A stretch of 64,000 bases of DNA from a virus (IMGVR_UViG_3300012964_000002:1-64000), one strand, 5' to 3'. Positions 44,544 through 55,402 are shown, numbered from the stretch's first letter. Numbers and translations are program-made. Notes: a model not told the origin generated them from the sequence alone.

Positions 44544-46039
44544 ACCCCTCTGGCTTCGCCGCCACGGCCGTTCGCCGGAAGCTGCGCCACGCGCGGCAGC
44601 TGCGCGCCCGCGTCGCGCGGGACGACGTCAACGCCTTCATGCAGTTCGTGATGCGGGACGAGAAGACGAACGTCCCGATCCGCCAGGCACCCGTTCACAA
44701 GGCGTGGCAGTGGGAGGTGTCGCACCACAACCGGGTGCTGATCTGGTCCCACCCCGAGAGCGGGAAGACGCAGCAGCTGTCGATCGGCCGCGTGCTCTGG
44801 GAGCTGGGGAGGAACACCGCGCTGCGCGTCGCCGTCATCTCCAGGACGGACAACCTCGCCACGAAGATCGTGACGACCGTCGGGAACCTCGTCCTCAAGA
44901 GCGAGGAGCTCAGGGCCGTCTTCCCCCACCTCCGCAAGAGCACGACCGCGCGCGACTCGTGGACCACGCACGCCATCACCGTCGAGCGCAACAACCCCGG
45001 CATGAAGGAGCCCAGCGTCCAGGCGTTCGGCGCGAGCTCGCGGTCCCTCATCGGCAACCGCCTCGACCTCCTCGTCATCGACGACATCCTCGACGACCAG
45101 AACACCAACTCCGCAAAGCAGATGGAGGACATGTGGGTCTGGTACAACTCCCTGGTCGAGGGGCGTCTCGACACGAACGGGCGCGTCATCGTCGTGGGGA
45201 ACGCCTGGCACCCGCAGGACTTCCTCCACCGCCTCGCGCGCCAGCCGGGGTGGAAGGCGCTCCGCTACCCGGTGGTGGACGACGAGACGGGAGAGCCGCG
45301 CTGGCCGGAGCGCTGGCCCACGAAGCGCATCCTCGAGACGAAGACCAAGCTCGACTCCGCGCGCGCCGGCGAGTTCGCCCGCACGATGCTCTGCCTCGCG
45401 CGCGACGACGCGCAGAGCCGCTTCCACCAAAAGAGCATCGACGCCTGCAAGGCGCTCGGCGCCGGCATGCGTCTCTGGGGTGGCCTGCGAGAGGTTCCGG
45501 CGGGTCACCGCGTCTACACCGGGGTCGACCTGGCCGTGAAGCGCGACGCCAGCGCGGACTTCACCTGCCTGTTCACCATCATCGTGCACCCGGACGGCTC
45601 GCGACAGGTGCTCAACATCCAGACCGGGCGCTGGCGCAAGAGCGAGATCGTCAACCGCATCATCCACGTCCACGCCCGCTTCAACGGCATCGTCATGGTC
45701 GAGGACAACGCCGCCCAAGACTACATCTTGCAGGACGTCGTCGACCGCTCCTCCGTGCCGGTCAAGCCGTTCACGACGGGGCGCAACAAGATGAACATCG
45801 AGTACGGCGTCGAGTCCCTCTCCGCCGAGATGGACAACGGAAAGTGGATAATCCCGTCCGAGGGGGGCAAGTCTCATCCCGAGGTGGAAGCGTGGATCCT
45901 CGAGATGCTCTACTACGACCCGCGGAAGCACACGGGGGACCGCCTGATGGCCTCGTGGATCGCGCGGGAGGCGGCGCGGACCGGGGGCGGAGAGGGCGTG
46001 CGCGCGTGGGCCGGGTCTCTGGACACGATGGCTCGCTGA
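44540..46039 (+). CDS. terL: terminase large subunit
   Basis: PESGKT Walker A, GNRLDLLVIDD Walker B, GNAWH, nuclease GVDLA...ADFT, VEDNAAQ, GDRLMA. Confidence 0.9.
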   Translation: MNPSGFAATAVRRKLRHARQLRARVARDDVNAFMQFVMRDEKTNVPIRQAPVHKAWQWEVSHHNRVLIWSHPESGKTQQLSIGRVLWELGRNTALRVAVISRTDNLATKIVTTVGNLVLKSEELRAVFPHLRKSTTARDSWTTHAITVERNNPGMKEPSVQAFGASSRSLIGNRLDLLVIDDILDDQNTNSAKQMEDMWVWYNSLVEGRLDTNGRVIVVGNAWHPQDFLHRLARQPGWKALRYPVVDDETGEPRWPERWPTKRILETKTKLDSARAGEFARTMLCLARDDAQSRFHQKSIDACKALGAGMRLWGGLREVPAGHRVYTGVDLAVKRDASADFTCLFTIIVHPDGSRQVLNIQTGRWRKSEIVNRIIHVHARFNGIVMVEDNAAQDYILQDVVDRSSVPVKPFTTGRNKMNIEYGVESLSAEMDNGKWIIPSEGGKSHPEVEAWILEMLYYDPRKHTGDRLMASWIAREAARTGGGEGVRAWAGSLDTMAR

Positions 46040-46278
46040 CGTCGGAGGAGCTCGACGCGCGGCTGGCCGTCTTCGAGCTGCGCGAGGAAGCCGTCCTCCA
46101 TCACGCCTCTCGAGCAGGGTGGAGGTGCGAGTGGTGCGGCGTCGGGTTCGACCACCTGATCCGCGTCGGCAGCTCGCGCTTCGTGGACGAGGCGCGGACG
46201 GCGCGGGAGGTCGCAAAGGAGAATCACGGCAGCGTTCCCTGCTGGGAGCTCGTCGGAAGGGACGGCCCCCGTGGCTGA
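46036..46278 (+). CDS. CxWC...CWE family protein 1 (start uncertain)
   Basis: WRCEWCG...PCWELV. Confidence 0.5.
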   Translation: MTSEELDARLAVFELREEAVLHHASRAGWRCEWCGVGFDHLIRVGSSRFVDEARTAREVAKENHGSVPCWELVGRDGPRG

Positions 46279-46296
46279 CGCGCCCGAGGAGGCGGC

Positions 46297-46563
46297 TTGA
46301 GGATCGTCACGCGGAAGGAGGAGCGGGACCGCGCGTTTCGCGCCGCCGCGCTTCTCTCGCGCGTCGTCGTGGTGCACCAGCAGCCGGACCCGCCCACGCT
46401 CGAGGGGTGGTTCCGCTGTGGCTGGTGCGAGCGCATCGTGCCGATGAAGGAGATGCGGTCGCACGGCGGAACCGCGGTGTGGTCCGATCAGCCGAAGGAG
46501 AGGGTCGACGACCTCGGGCCCGGCGTCGTCGGCTGCTGGGAGATGTACCCGTCGGAGGCGTGA
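46297..46563 (+). CDS. CxWC...CWE family protein 2
   Basis: FRCGWC...EMRSHGG..VWS...GCWEM; GAGGAGG RBS with TTG start. Confidence 0.65.
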   Translation: MRIVTRKEERDRAFRAAALLSRVVVVHQQPDPPTLEGWFRCGWCERIVPMKEMRSHGGTAVWSDQPKERVDDLGPGVVGCWEMYPSEA

Positions 46564-46847
46564 TGGGGTGTCACGTCGAGGTCGAGGAGCTGCGTCTGGC
46601 GCGGGAGGCCGCGGCGCTTCTGGTCGACAGGGATGTCGTTCACCAGCGGCCGCCCGGCGCGGCCGAGCTGCTGGCCGACTCACCCGACTCCTACTTCCAG
46701 TGTGACTGGTGCGGCCGCCTGGTCTTCATGCGCGAGATGCGGAGTCACGGCGGCAAAGGCGTGTGGTCGGAGATCACGCGCGAACGCCGGGAGACGGTGC
46801 TCGTCAATATGCGCGAGATCGGCTGCTGGGAGCTCGCGCCGCCGTGA
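46563..46847 (+). CDS. CxWC...CWE family protein 3
   Basis: FQCDWC...EMRSHGG..VWS...GCWEL. Confidence 0.65.
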   Translation: MGCHVEVEELRLAREAAALLVDRDVVHQRPPGAAELLADSPDSYFQCDWCGRLVFMREMRSHGGKGVWSEITRERRETVLVNMREIGCWELAPP

Positions 46848-48748
46848 GGATCACTCGCGACCATCCCGACTTCGAGCACATCTCCGTGCTCCTGCGCGGA
46901 GAGGAGCTGGGCTTCGAGGATGTCGCGGCCCTGCTCGAGGCGGACACCGGCGGCGGGTACGTGGTCGTCGAGGTGGAGCTCAAGCCACGCAACCCGCTCC
47001 TCGGTCCCATGCCGCGGATGCGCGGCGGCGACAGGCGCGTGCTGCGCGGCGAGGTTCGTCTCATCGACCGGCGCACGGGCGGTCCGTACGACCCGCTGCT
47101 CCAGGCCGCGGAGGAGGCGGCGAAGGAGGAGGCCCTGTCGTTCAACGGGAACAGGGGCTGGAAGTGATCGCGCTCGCCGTCATCGTGGTCTGCGTCGCCG
47201 CCGCCGCCGCGACGCGCTGGGCGTACCGCCTGGGCAAGCGGATCGGGGAGTGGGACAGCGACGCCGCGGCGTCCGGCCACATCCTGTCGGAGCGCGCCGC
47301 GATGCTGGCCGAGCTCGAGACGGTCGTCGGGATCGCCGAGTGGCTGTCCGGCTCCGAAGACTTCGGTCCGGGGGGCAAGGCGGAGGAGGGTTGGGAGACG
47401 GCGCGACAGAAGCTGGACGAGACGCGCGCGCTGATCGTGTTCTGGAGGCATCATGGCTGACGAGGTGTGCATGGCCTGGGTAACCCCGATCCAAGAGCGC
47501 CGAGCCCGCGCCTGCGGGCGGCCGGCGACGCACATCGTGGGGTTCCAGCGGGTGCCGCGCTGCTCGAGGCACGCCATGATCGCTCGGAAGCGCGGCGAGC
47601 TCGTCGCGAAGATCCGGGACGGAAGGAAGGAGTCCGTCGGTGTCTGACTGGCGCGTCGTCTTCGACGGGGTTCACCCCGTTCTGTTCGTCGTCGTCGCGA
47701 GCTGGCTGCTGGGCGTGGCGTGCCGGCACGGCGAGAAGAGGGGCGCCTTCGAGGAGCGGCAGCGGATCTGCTCGGAGGGCGCGGAGGCGGCGGCCGTCGC
47801 GTACATGCTCGACGAGCGGCACGCCATCCTGAGGGTCGCGGAGGAGATGTCGTCGCTCGCGCAGTCCCAGCTTGTGATGCTACCGTCTGTCCTGTCTAGC
47901 ACCATCGCCATCGCCGACCTGCCCAGCATCATCGCCGACCAGCAGGAGCGCGTCTTCGACGCGCAGCTCAAGATTCGCGCGTGGAGGTCCCGTGGCTGAC
48001 CTCGCCGCCGCGCTCGGCAGGAAGCGGGCGCCCCCGCGCTCGCGCGCTCCGCGCCCGCCGCGCGTCTTCGACGCCGACGGGAACGAGGTCTTCATCACGA
48101 TGCTCTGCCCGCGCTGCCGGAAGCTGCGGCCGCTGTGTCAGTTCGGGCTTCGGCGGATGGCCGGCGGGCAGATCCGCAACTGCCCGTGGTGCAAGACGTG
48201 CCGGAGCGGGCCGGCCAGGAGGCAAGCGTGACCGTCGACTTCTCGCAGGCCGTCCACGCGCGGGACGGAGCCTGGGCGCTCTGCCGCGCCTACAGGCCGT
48301 GCATGGGGACCGAGACCCTGACGCTCCAGAAGCCAAAGCGCGGCCCGCGCACCGTCACCTGCCCGGCCTGCCTGAAGAAGCTGCGGCGGCGCGCGCTCCG
48401 CGGCGTGCTCGACGTCTCGTGGCAGGAGCGGCTCCGGGAGTTCCACTCCGTCACGACGAGGGAACCATGATGACGCCCGCGCGTGTCTTCGCTCTCTGCG
48501 TCGCTGGGATGGTGCTCTGCGTCCTGCTGGCCGTCGCGCTCGTCCCGCAGCCCGCTCCGGAGCGTCCGCCGCTCCCGGACGTGCTCGAGGACGCCGCCTT
48601 TCTCTCCCTGCGCGTGGACCGCCTCGCGGACGAGCTCGTCCGCTCCCGCCGGATCCTGAACGCGCAGCGGGAGTTCATGCTCGCCAGGACCAAGCGGGAG
48701 AGACGGGAGGCCGCGCGGGCGGCCATGGTGGCGTGGAGCGAGCCGTGA
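46844..48748 (+). CDS. run of seven small coupled ORFs (46844-47167, 47164-47460 TM, 47453-47647, 47640-47999 TM, 47992-48231 Zn finger, 48228-48470, 48467-48748 TM)
   Basis: Stop/start overlaps; N-terminal hydrophobic helices or CxxC motifs. Confidence 0.55.
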
Positions 48749-48806
48749 GCGCGGAGCGACGACGCGCCAGCGCCAAGATCGCCGCGGCGCGGGCAAGGGA
48801 GTAATC

Positions 48807-49904
48807 ATGCGCAGAGAATTCGAGATGACCGAGGACGAGGAAAAGGAGATCCTCTGGGCCGCCTGGAAGCCGGTCCCGTACATGGTGGTCGGGGGGCTCG
48901 AGCCCGAGTCGCCGCAGGAGCGCGCGAACCGTGCCTGGCAGGCTCTGGGGCGGAAGCGTGGCTTCGACGGCACGACGGCCGAGCCCGTGCCTGGGAAGGG
49001 GCAACGCTTCTTCTCGGCTGAAGTGGTCCCTAGTTGTCCGGAAGGCTGCCGAGGCGTCGAGATTGCGCCGGACGACTGGAGCGGCTGCGCTTGCCCGGGC
49101 ACCGCGACCTGCGACTGTCCTCAGCATCCGCGCGCGGAGGCGGCCCCGGACTCCCGTCTCACCTGTGGTGTGCCGAGGCGGGCCTGCGTGGACCTGTTCT
49201 CCCCGGCGGAGCGCGCCATCTACGACGCGATGGGATCGGTCGAGGCCGCGGGCGCCGACCTCGCCCTGACCGACGCCGTGGTGCTCCTCCAGGCGGCGCG
49301 CGAGCGCGTGGCCGACTTCGTGGACGGCGTGCCGGGGAAGCGGACGCTGCCCCGCGAGTACCTCGAGCCCGCCCCCTCCGCCATCGAACCCCCAGCGCAG
49401 CAACGAGGAGGTGATGCGTCTGAACACCGGACCGATCCCGCAACGGAGCCCGCTGGGCTACGACTGGAACCCGCCGGTCGTGCCTCAGTGACGATGGGGG
49501 CGGCGGAGTCGCCGGCCGTCGCCCCCTCCCCTGCGGAGGCGCCCGCGCGAGCCTGCAACGAAGACGGACACGGCGAGTACGGCAAGACGTGCTTCCACCA
49601 CGCCGCCAAGCCTGACGGCGCCGCGCCCCCTGCGGACGCGGGACCGAGCGACGAGGCGCTGATCAAGGCCCTGATCGCGACGGCGGCTCGGAACGGTCCC
49701 CAGGGGCCGCTCGTGGCCGCGGATCAACATGCCCTCCTCACCCGCCTGCGCGAGTACCGGGAGGCGCTCGACGCGCAGGCGAAGCGCGTGCTGCCGGACG
49801 GGACGCGGTGCTGGTGCCAAGAACCGCGCCTGCCGGTCGGTGGCGAACCCGCACACTGGCATCACTGCGAGAGCGCCCGCGCCCTCTCCCGGAGGAATCG
49901 ATGA
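48807..49904 (+). CDS. mosaic multidomain hypothetical protein
   Basis: GGGAG RBS; several short Cys-rich and helical modules joined by Pro/Ala linkers. Confidence 0.6.
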   Translation: MRREFEMTEDEEKEILWAAWKPVPYMVVGGLEPESPQERANRAWQALGRKRGFDGTTAEPVPGKGQRFFSAEVVPSCPEGCRGVEIAPDDWSGCACPGTATCDCPQHPRAEAAPDSRLTCGVPRRACVDLFSPAERAIYDAMGSVEAAGADLALTDAVVLLQAARERVADFVDGVPGKRTLPREYLEPAPSAIEPPAQQRGGDASEHRTDPATEPAGLRLEPAGRASVTMGAAESPAVAPSPAEAPARACNEDGHGEYGKTCFHHAAKPDGAAPPADAGPSDEALIKALIATAARNGPQGPLVAADQHALLTRLREYREALDAQAKRVLPDGTRCWCQEPRLPVGGEPAHWHHCESARALSRRNR

Positions 49905-51043
49905 ACGACTACCTCGTGACGTGCGAGCACAACGCCTTCCCGCACTTGGTGGGCTCGTGTTCCCCCGCGTGCTTGAATCCGCACGGCCCTGTAGCGCCCG
50001 CCCCCGCCGCGTCGCAGGTGTCCGCGTTCGCCGCTCTCGTGGACGCCGTTCGGGAGGAGGGCCGCGAGTTGGGAATGGCGCAAGCTAAGGGGCACGCGCT
50101 TCTCTTCAAGGACTCGCGTCCCGCTCTCCTCGCCGCCCACCGGGCCGTCGAGGCGGAGCGGGACCGGGCGCGCCGGCACGAGCTCGCGTTCAGCCGGATG
50201 TACGACAGCATGCAGAAGGAGCGGGACGAGGCCCGGGCCGCCATCGCCGCGGCGACGAGGCGGGCGGAGGCCGCCGAGCGGTTCGTGAAGGACGCCGAGC
50301 TGGCCTACGTCGGAAGCGAGGTCATGACGGACGTGCTCGTCTTCTTCGAGGCCGCGGGCTGCGGCCGACCGGGCACGCCGAACACGCTGTGGTCGATGAC
50401 GCAGGAGATCATCGCGCGCGAGGCCGCGTCCCGTGCCGAGGCGGAGGAATTGCGGCGCCGGCTGGGTCCGGTTCCCGAGCGACGCGCGGTCCTGCGGTAC
50501 GTCTCGTGGGGGGACGCGCAGGACATCCACGCGCTGGCGCAGCCGCTCGTGGACCACGTCGAGGCGGGGAAGCTGGCGAAGCGCGTCTGCGACTTCCTGA
50601 CTCCGGGCGCCGTCCTCGACCTCGTTGCGCCCGCCGCCCCGGATGACGATGCTCCGGTCTGCGATCCGGAGCCGCGCTGCGGGGAGTGCGGCTCGCCGAT
50701 GGAGCTGCGGCTCTCCCGCTACGGGCGGTTCTGGGGCTGCGTCCGCTTCCCGACGTGCCGTGGGACGCACGGCGCGCACCAGAGCACCGGCGCCCCACTT
50801 GGCGTTCCGGCGGACAAGGCCACCCGGGAGGCGCGGGTCATGGCGCACGCCTCGCTCGACGCGCTGTGGAAGAAGGGCCTGATGAGCCGCCGCGCGGCCT
50901 ACCGCTGGCTGCAGGAGGCGATGGGTCTCTCCGTGGAGGAGGCGCACATCGGAAAGTTCACCACCGAGCAGTGCAACCGCCTGATCGAGTTGGCGCGCGG
51001 GCGTCAGCCGCGGGTCGCGCCGCTCAAGCCGAAGAAGTCGTGA
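49901..51043 (+). CDS. protein with C-terminal zinc-ribbon/DUF3268-like domain
   Basis: CGECG...FWGC..FPTC...H...PLG..AD...AH...D.LW...R..AY.WL...HIG.F...C. Confidence 0.65.
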   Translation: MNDYLVTCEHNAFPHLVGSCSPACLNPHGPVAPAPAASQVSAFAALVDAVREEGRELGMAQAKGHALLFKDSRPALLAAHRAVEAERDRARRHELAFSRMYDSMQKERDEARAAIAAATRRAEAAERFVKDAELAYVGSEVMTDVLVFFEAAGCGRPGTPNTLWSMTQEIIAREAASRAEAEELRRRLGPVPERRAVLRYVSWGDAQDIHALAQPLVDHVEAGKLAKRVCDFLTPGAVLDLVAPAAPDDDAPVCDPEPRCGECGSPMELRLSRYGRFWGCVRFPTCRGTHGAHQSTGAPLGVPADKATREARVMAHASLDALWKKGLMSRRAAYRWLQEAMGLSVEEAHIGKFTTEQCNRLIELARGRQPRVAPLKPKKS

Positions 51044-51606
51044 GCGCGCTTGGCGAGCTCGCTTGGCAGTTCCGCGTCGCGTTCTCTCGGCGGTGGAACT
51101 GGGACGAGCTTCCGGAGGGCCTGCCGCCCGGCTGGCCGGACGGGGACCCGGCGCGTCGAGAGCGGCACGAGGCGCTGTCGGCCGCCGTCATGCTGGCGGG
51201 CTTCAGCCCGGGGCCCGTGCTCGAGGCGATGCGGATGATCGAGCGAGGGCGGTTCGTGCTCGTGGGGACCGCCGCGCTCCGCCTCCGCGGGCACGACGTC
51301 GCCGCGAGCGACCTCGACTTCCTCTGCGAGCACGCGCCGGGAGGGCTCGAGGACGGGACGGGCAGCGGCGGCTCCACGGTGCGGGAGGTCGTGCTTCCGC
51401 AGCTTCGCGGATTCGTCTCGCACTCGCGCGTCAAGGTCGACTTCATCTACGCGGACAGGCCGCGGCGTCCGTTCCTGACGCGGTTCCCGGACGTCATCCT
51501 TGGCGTGCCAGTGGCGAGCGAGGAGGACGTGATCGGCCTCAAGGCGTGGGCGAACAGGGACAAGGATCGTTGGTTCCTCGCCAGGTGGAGGGCCGGGTGT
51601 GCCTGA
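51040..51606 (+). CDS. polymerase-beta-superfamily nucleotidyltransferase
   Basis: VLVGTAAL...SDLDFL...KVDFI...LK...RDKD. Confidence 0.7.
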   Translation: MSALGELAWQFRVAFSRRWNWDELPEGLPPGWPDGDPARRERHEALSAAVMLAGFSPGPVLEAMRMIERGRFVLVGTAALRLRGHDVAASDLDFLCEHAPGGLEDGTGSGGSTVREVVLPQLRGFVSHSRVKVDFIYADRPRRPFLTRFPDVILGVPVASEEDVIGLKAWANRDKDRWFLARWRAGCA

Positions 51607-51949
51607 CGAGTGGATCTCCAGCGTGGAGTTCGAGCGGGACCTCCGCTCCGAGCTCCTGCCTCCTCTTCAGGTGGCTCACGGGACTCCGACGCCGGCGAGA
51701 GGCCCGAACGTCAAGGGGGAGCCCGTGATCCGCTTCCGCCTGCGGCCCGGCGCGAAGAAGATGTCGAGCAAGCTGGACTTCGAGTACAACGTCGCGGACT
51801 TCGAGCGCTGGAAGGCGTGGCGCGCGGCGCGGATGCTCCGCGAGGACATCGTGTCGATCACCCTGACGTGCGAGCACGGCGTCGCCTCGTCGCGCCCCTG
51901 CGACGAGTGCGTCTACACGTGGCTGCGCAAGCTGCGACCGACCCCTTGA
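51599..51949 (+). CDS. dispersed wHTH paralog family member
   Basis: EWISSVE...YNVADFERWKAWRAARML; CEH...CDEC. Confidence 0.55.
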   Translation: MPDEWISSVEFERDLRSELLPPLQVAHGTPTPARGPNVKGEPVIRFRLRPGAKKMSSKLDFEYNVADFERWKAWRAARMLREDIVSITLTCEHGVASSRPCDECVYTWLRKLRPTP

Positions 51950-51999
51950 CTCCGCGCTCGCGGAGCGCGACGAGTAGGTCTTCCCACCAGGAGGAGCAC

Positions 52000-53521
52000 A
52001 TGGCCAAGCCGCCCGTCGTCAACGTCCCGCCTCCCCCGCCCGTTCCGGGTGACCCCCTCCCCGCGACCGAGGCGCGGGTTCCGGAGCGTCCGCAGCTCTC
52101 CCCGGGCGGCGTCGTGGCCGCTCAGGTGTCCGGGCACGCCGCGGAGGTCACGCGGCTCTCCGCCGAGGTCGGCCGCCGCCACACGGACGTCGTCGCTCTC
52201 CGCCGCGCGCTCGAGGCGTGGATGACCACGCACGGCGCCGCCTGCGCCTGCGACCGCTGCGTCGCGACTCGTGGGGTCCTCGCGGAGACCCGCCTGTGAC
52301 GGTGATCGGTCCGGACGGGAAGGTGGTAGCCGGCGCCTACCCGGAGATGGCGTCGATGTACAACGGCACGGCGACGTGCTGCCTCAAGGAATGCACGAAC
52401 CCGACGCGCTGGATGCCCGTCGTGGAGATCCGCCCGCGCGCTCCGCTCGAGGGCGTGATGCCGATGGGGCTTCTGGGGCTCGGCCTCTGCGACGAGCACA
52501 AGGCCACGTTCGGGCTCCCCGACGTGGAGGACGGCTCCGACCGCGGGATCTTGGCGCACGCGCGGAGAATCCTCGCGGCGCAGGGCAAGGCGGAGCCGGA
52601 CCCGGAGAGGACGACGGTGGTGTTCTGCCAGGTCGCCAAGGAGGCGTGACGTGACGAACGGACAGGCGTCGGTGCACCTGCAGAAGCACCCCGTGGCCGT
52701 GGACGGCTGCCTGGAGTGCCTGGAGCTGGCGATCGTCCACGACGAGGCGCGGAAGGCGGCGGGGCGAGTGGCCGCGCCCGGTTGCGCGCACGCCCGCCCC
52801 ATGTTCGGGTGCATCCCCTGCTTCGAGCGACTGCTGCGCGAGCTCGCGTCCGACACGGCGCAGCGCGCGGTCGGGGACCCGCCCCCGGACCCGTTCCGTT
52901 CCCACATCGCCGGCGTGCTCGAGGCGCAGCGGCGTCCCCGCGATCCCGAGCCCGTCATCCTGTCGCAGGAGATCGAGATGGCGCAGGCGGCCAAGGAGGC
53001 GGCGCGCTCCTGCGCGGAGGCGGCCGCCGCCGCCGCGGCGAAGCTCACCACGGACCCGACGCAGGAGGGGGCGGGGCGGCTCGCCGACATCGTCACGCGG
53101 GCGTCGGAGGCGGCCCAGCGCCTCGACCACGTCGGCGACAAGATGCTCTCGCGGTGAGCCGCTCCAACCGAAAGCGCCGCCTCCGGAGGCGGGAGAGGAC
53201 CCGCGCCGAGCGCGAGGAGCGCGCGTCGGCTGAGGCGGCCGCCGCTCTCCTGAAGGGCCCGAGGTTCCCGGACGGGATCATCGACCCGGCGAACGTGTGG
53301 CAGGCGCAGGTCAAGATCAGAACCCCGTGAGCATCCGCTCCCGCAAGCGCAGGCGCTGGCTCCGCACCGAGCGCGGGCGTGCGGAGGCCGCGGTATTTAT
53401 TCTGCGCCCGCCGGGGACTATTTCCACGAGCATGCAAGGCGTCGACTGTTCAGAGTGCGAAGACGGCACGCCGCACCAACATGCTTCACCGTGGACAGGT
53501 GAGGTCTGGAAGTCGGTGTGA
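52000..53521 (+). CDS. five small ORFs (52000-52299, 52296-52649, 52651-53157, 53154-53330, 53327-53521)
   Basis: AGGAGGAG RBS before the first; coupled overlaps; several Cys motifs. Confidence 0.55.
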
Positions 53522-53725
53522 AGGTGAAGTCGTAGGCGTTCACGCGGGCGAGCTGCGGCGGAACGCGGGGCGGCCGACCGGAGCCCGCCGGGATCGGTAG
53601 CGGGCGGAGACCAGCCGAAGCGGCGGGAGGTCTCCGGCGGCGCCGGGAGGGTGGGGCCCGGCGCGGGACGCGCTGGCGGCGCGCCCCCGGTTCGTGGCAG
53701 AGTGCGGGGCGGAGGACCACCCCGC

Positions 53726-55402
53726 ATGAGCAGCGCGACGAAGGTCGAACCCTACGCCGCGAGGAAGCTCGCCGGCGCGGCCGGGCGCCAGGTGATGGAC
53801 GGCATCGCCCGCCTCGGCCTCTCCCCCCGGCAGCAGGCCCTGAACGACCTCTGGGCCTGGTACCGCTGCCAGCACTACGACGCGCGCGCGACCGACTGGG
53901 ACGGCTCGAAGAGGAGCGAGGGGCTCGACCGCGAGGTCATCGCGACGGCGGGGTTCATCCCGCCCGGCTTCTACGACGCCTCGAGCGCGATGCTGCCGCT
54001 GAAGTTCCGGCGGCCGAGCGCGCCCTACGCGCTCGCCAAGGTCATCGTCGACCGCTTCACCGGGCTGCTGTTCTCCGAGCGGCACCACCCGGAGGTTCGC
54101 GTCGAGGGGGACCCGAAGACCGAAGACTACATGCGCGCGCTCGCGGAGGAGGGGCGGCTCTGGCCGTCGATGGTCCAGGCGCGCACCTACGGGGGCGCGA
54201 TGGGCTCCGTCGCGCTCGGCTTCCAGCTCGTGGACGGCCGCCCGCGCTTCGAGGTTCACGACGCCCGTTGGTGCATCCCCGACTTCGCCGACCGCTCGAC
54301 GCTCCGTCTCCGCTCCATCGAGAAGCGCTACCAGTACCCGGTCGAGCGGCGCGACGAGTACACCGGGAAGTGGGAGGAGGTGCCTCACTGGTACCGCCGC
54401 GTCATCGACGAGGAGAACGACACGCTGTACGAGCCTGCCGAGGTTCCGGAGGACGGGTCCGAGCCGGAGTGGGTGGTGCAGGAAGAGGTCAAGCACGGGC
54501 TCGGCTTCTGCCCGGTGGTCTGGCTCCAGAACCTTCCGGTGCAGGACTCCGTAGACGGCGACCCCGACTGCCACGGGATCTACGACCTCATCGAGAGCAT
54601 CGACGCGCTCGTCGCGCAGGCGAACGTCGGCGTCATCGCGAACTGCGACCCGACCACCGTCATCACGACGGACGCCCAGATGCCGGAGGTCCAGAAGGGC
54701 TCGCGCCACGCCATCAAGCTTCCCGCCAACTCGAACGCGAAGTACCTCGAGCTCACCGGCTCCGGACCGGAGTCGGCGTTCAAGGCGGCGGACAAGCTCA
54801 GGGCCTACGCGCTCGAGGTCGCGCAGTGCGTCCTCGACAACCCCGACGACGCCGTCCAGAAGACGGCCACGGAGATCGAGCGCGTCTACTCCTCGATGCT
54901 CTCGAAGGCCGACGTGCTCCGCGAGCAGTACGGGCAGAAGGGCGTGCTGCCCGTGCTCGACATCGCGGTTCGCGCGGTCAAGCGGATCTCCAAGCCTCGC
55001 CCGGTGGCGGCGCCCGCGGACGGCGAGAAGCCGTCCGTCGTCGTGCAGACGGTCGCGCTCCCGCCGAAGCTGGAGCCCCAGCCGGACGGCACGGTCAAGA
55101 CCGTGAAGCGCGAGCTCGGGCCGGGCGGGAACCCGCAGCTCCAGTGGGGCCCCTACTTCCCGCCGTCGCTCACCGACGTCCAGAACGCCGTCACGGCGGC
55201 CGGCAAGGCGAAGGACTCCGGGCTCATCGACAGGGAGCACGCGAGCGGGTACGTCGCCTCGATGTTCCACATCGAGGACGTGCCCCAGATGCTCGAGAAG
55301 ATCCGGACGGAGAAGGAGGAGGAGGAGCGCCGCGTGATGGAGCAGATGCTGCCTCCCGGCGGCGGAGACTTCGGCGGCGGGCCCGAGGGAGGCAACGTGT
55401 GA
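53726..55402 (+). CDS. portal protein (SPP1 gp6-like)
   Basis: 558 aa; AKVIVDRFTGLLF, HGLGFCPVVW.QN, ATEIE, LQWGPYF; lies between TerL and the gpF-like gene; GGAGG RBS. Confidence 0.8.
   Translation: MSSATKVEPYAARKLAGAAGRQVMDGIARLGLSPRQQALNDLWAWYRCQHYDARATDWDGSKRSEGLDREVIATAGFIPPGFYDASSAMLPLKFRRPSAPYALAKVIVDRFTGLLFSERHHPEVRVEGDPKTEDYMRALAEEGRLWPSMVQARTYGGAMGSVALGFQLVDGRPRFEVHDARWCIPDFADRSTLRLRSIEKRYQYPVERRDEYTGKWEEVPHWYRRVIDEENDTLYEPAEVPEDGSEPEWVVQEEVKHGLGFCPVVWLQNLPVQDSVDGDPDCHGIYDLIESIDALVAQANVGVIANCDPTTVITTDAQMPEVQKGSRHAIKLPANSNAKYLELTGSGPESAFKAADKLRAYALEVAQCVLDNPDDAVQKTATEIERVYSSMLSKADVLREQYGQKGVLPVLDIAVRAVKRISKPRPVAAPADGEKPSVVVQTVALPPKLEPQPDGTVKTVKRELGPGGNPQLQWGPYFPPSLTDVQNAVTAAGKAKDSGLIDREHASGYVASMFHIEDVPQMLEKIRTEKEEEERRVMEQMLPPGGGDFGGGPEGGNV

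Noticed and set aside
51946-51980. TTGACT-containing promoter before 52000
   Set aside because: No -10 hexamer at 16-18 bp; the adjacent CGCGCTC/GAGCGCG stem lacks a U-tract, so it is not called a terminator either
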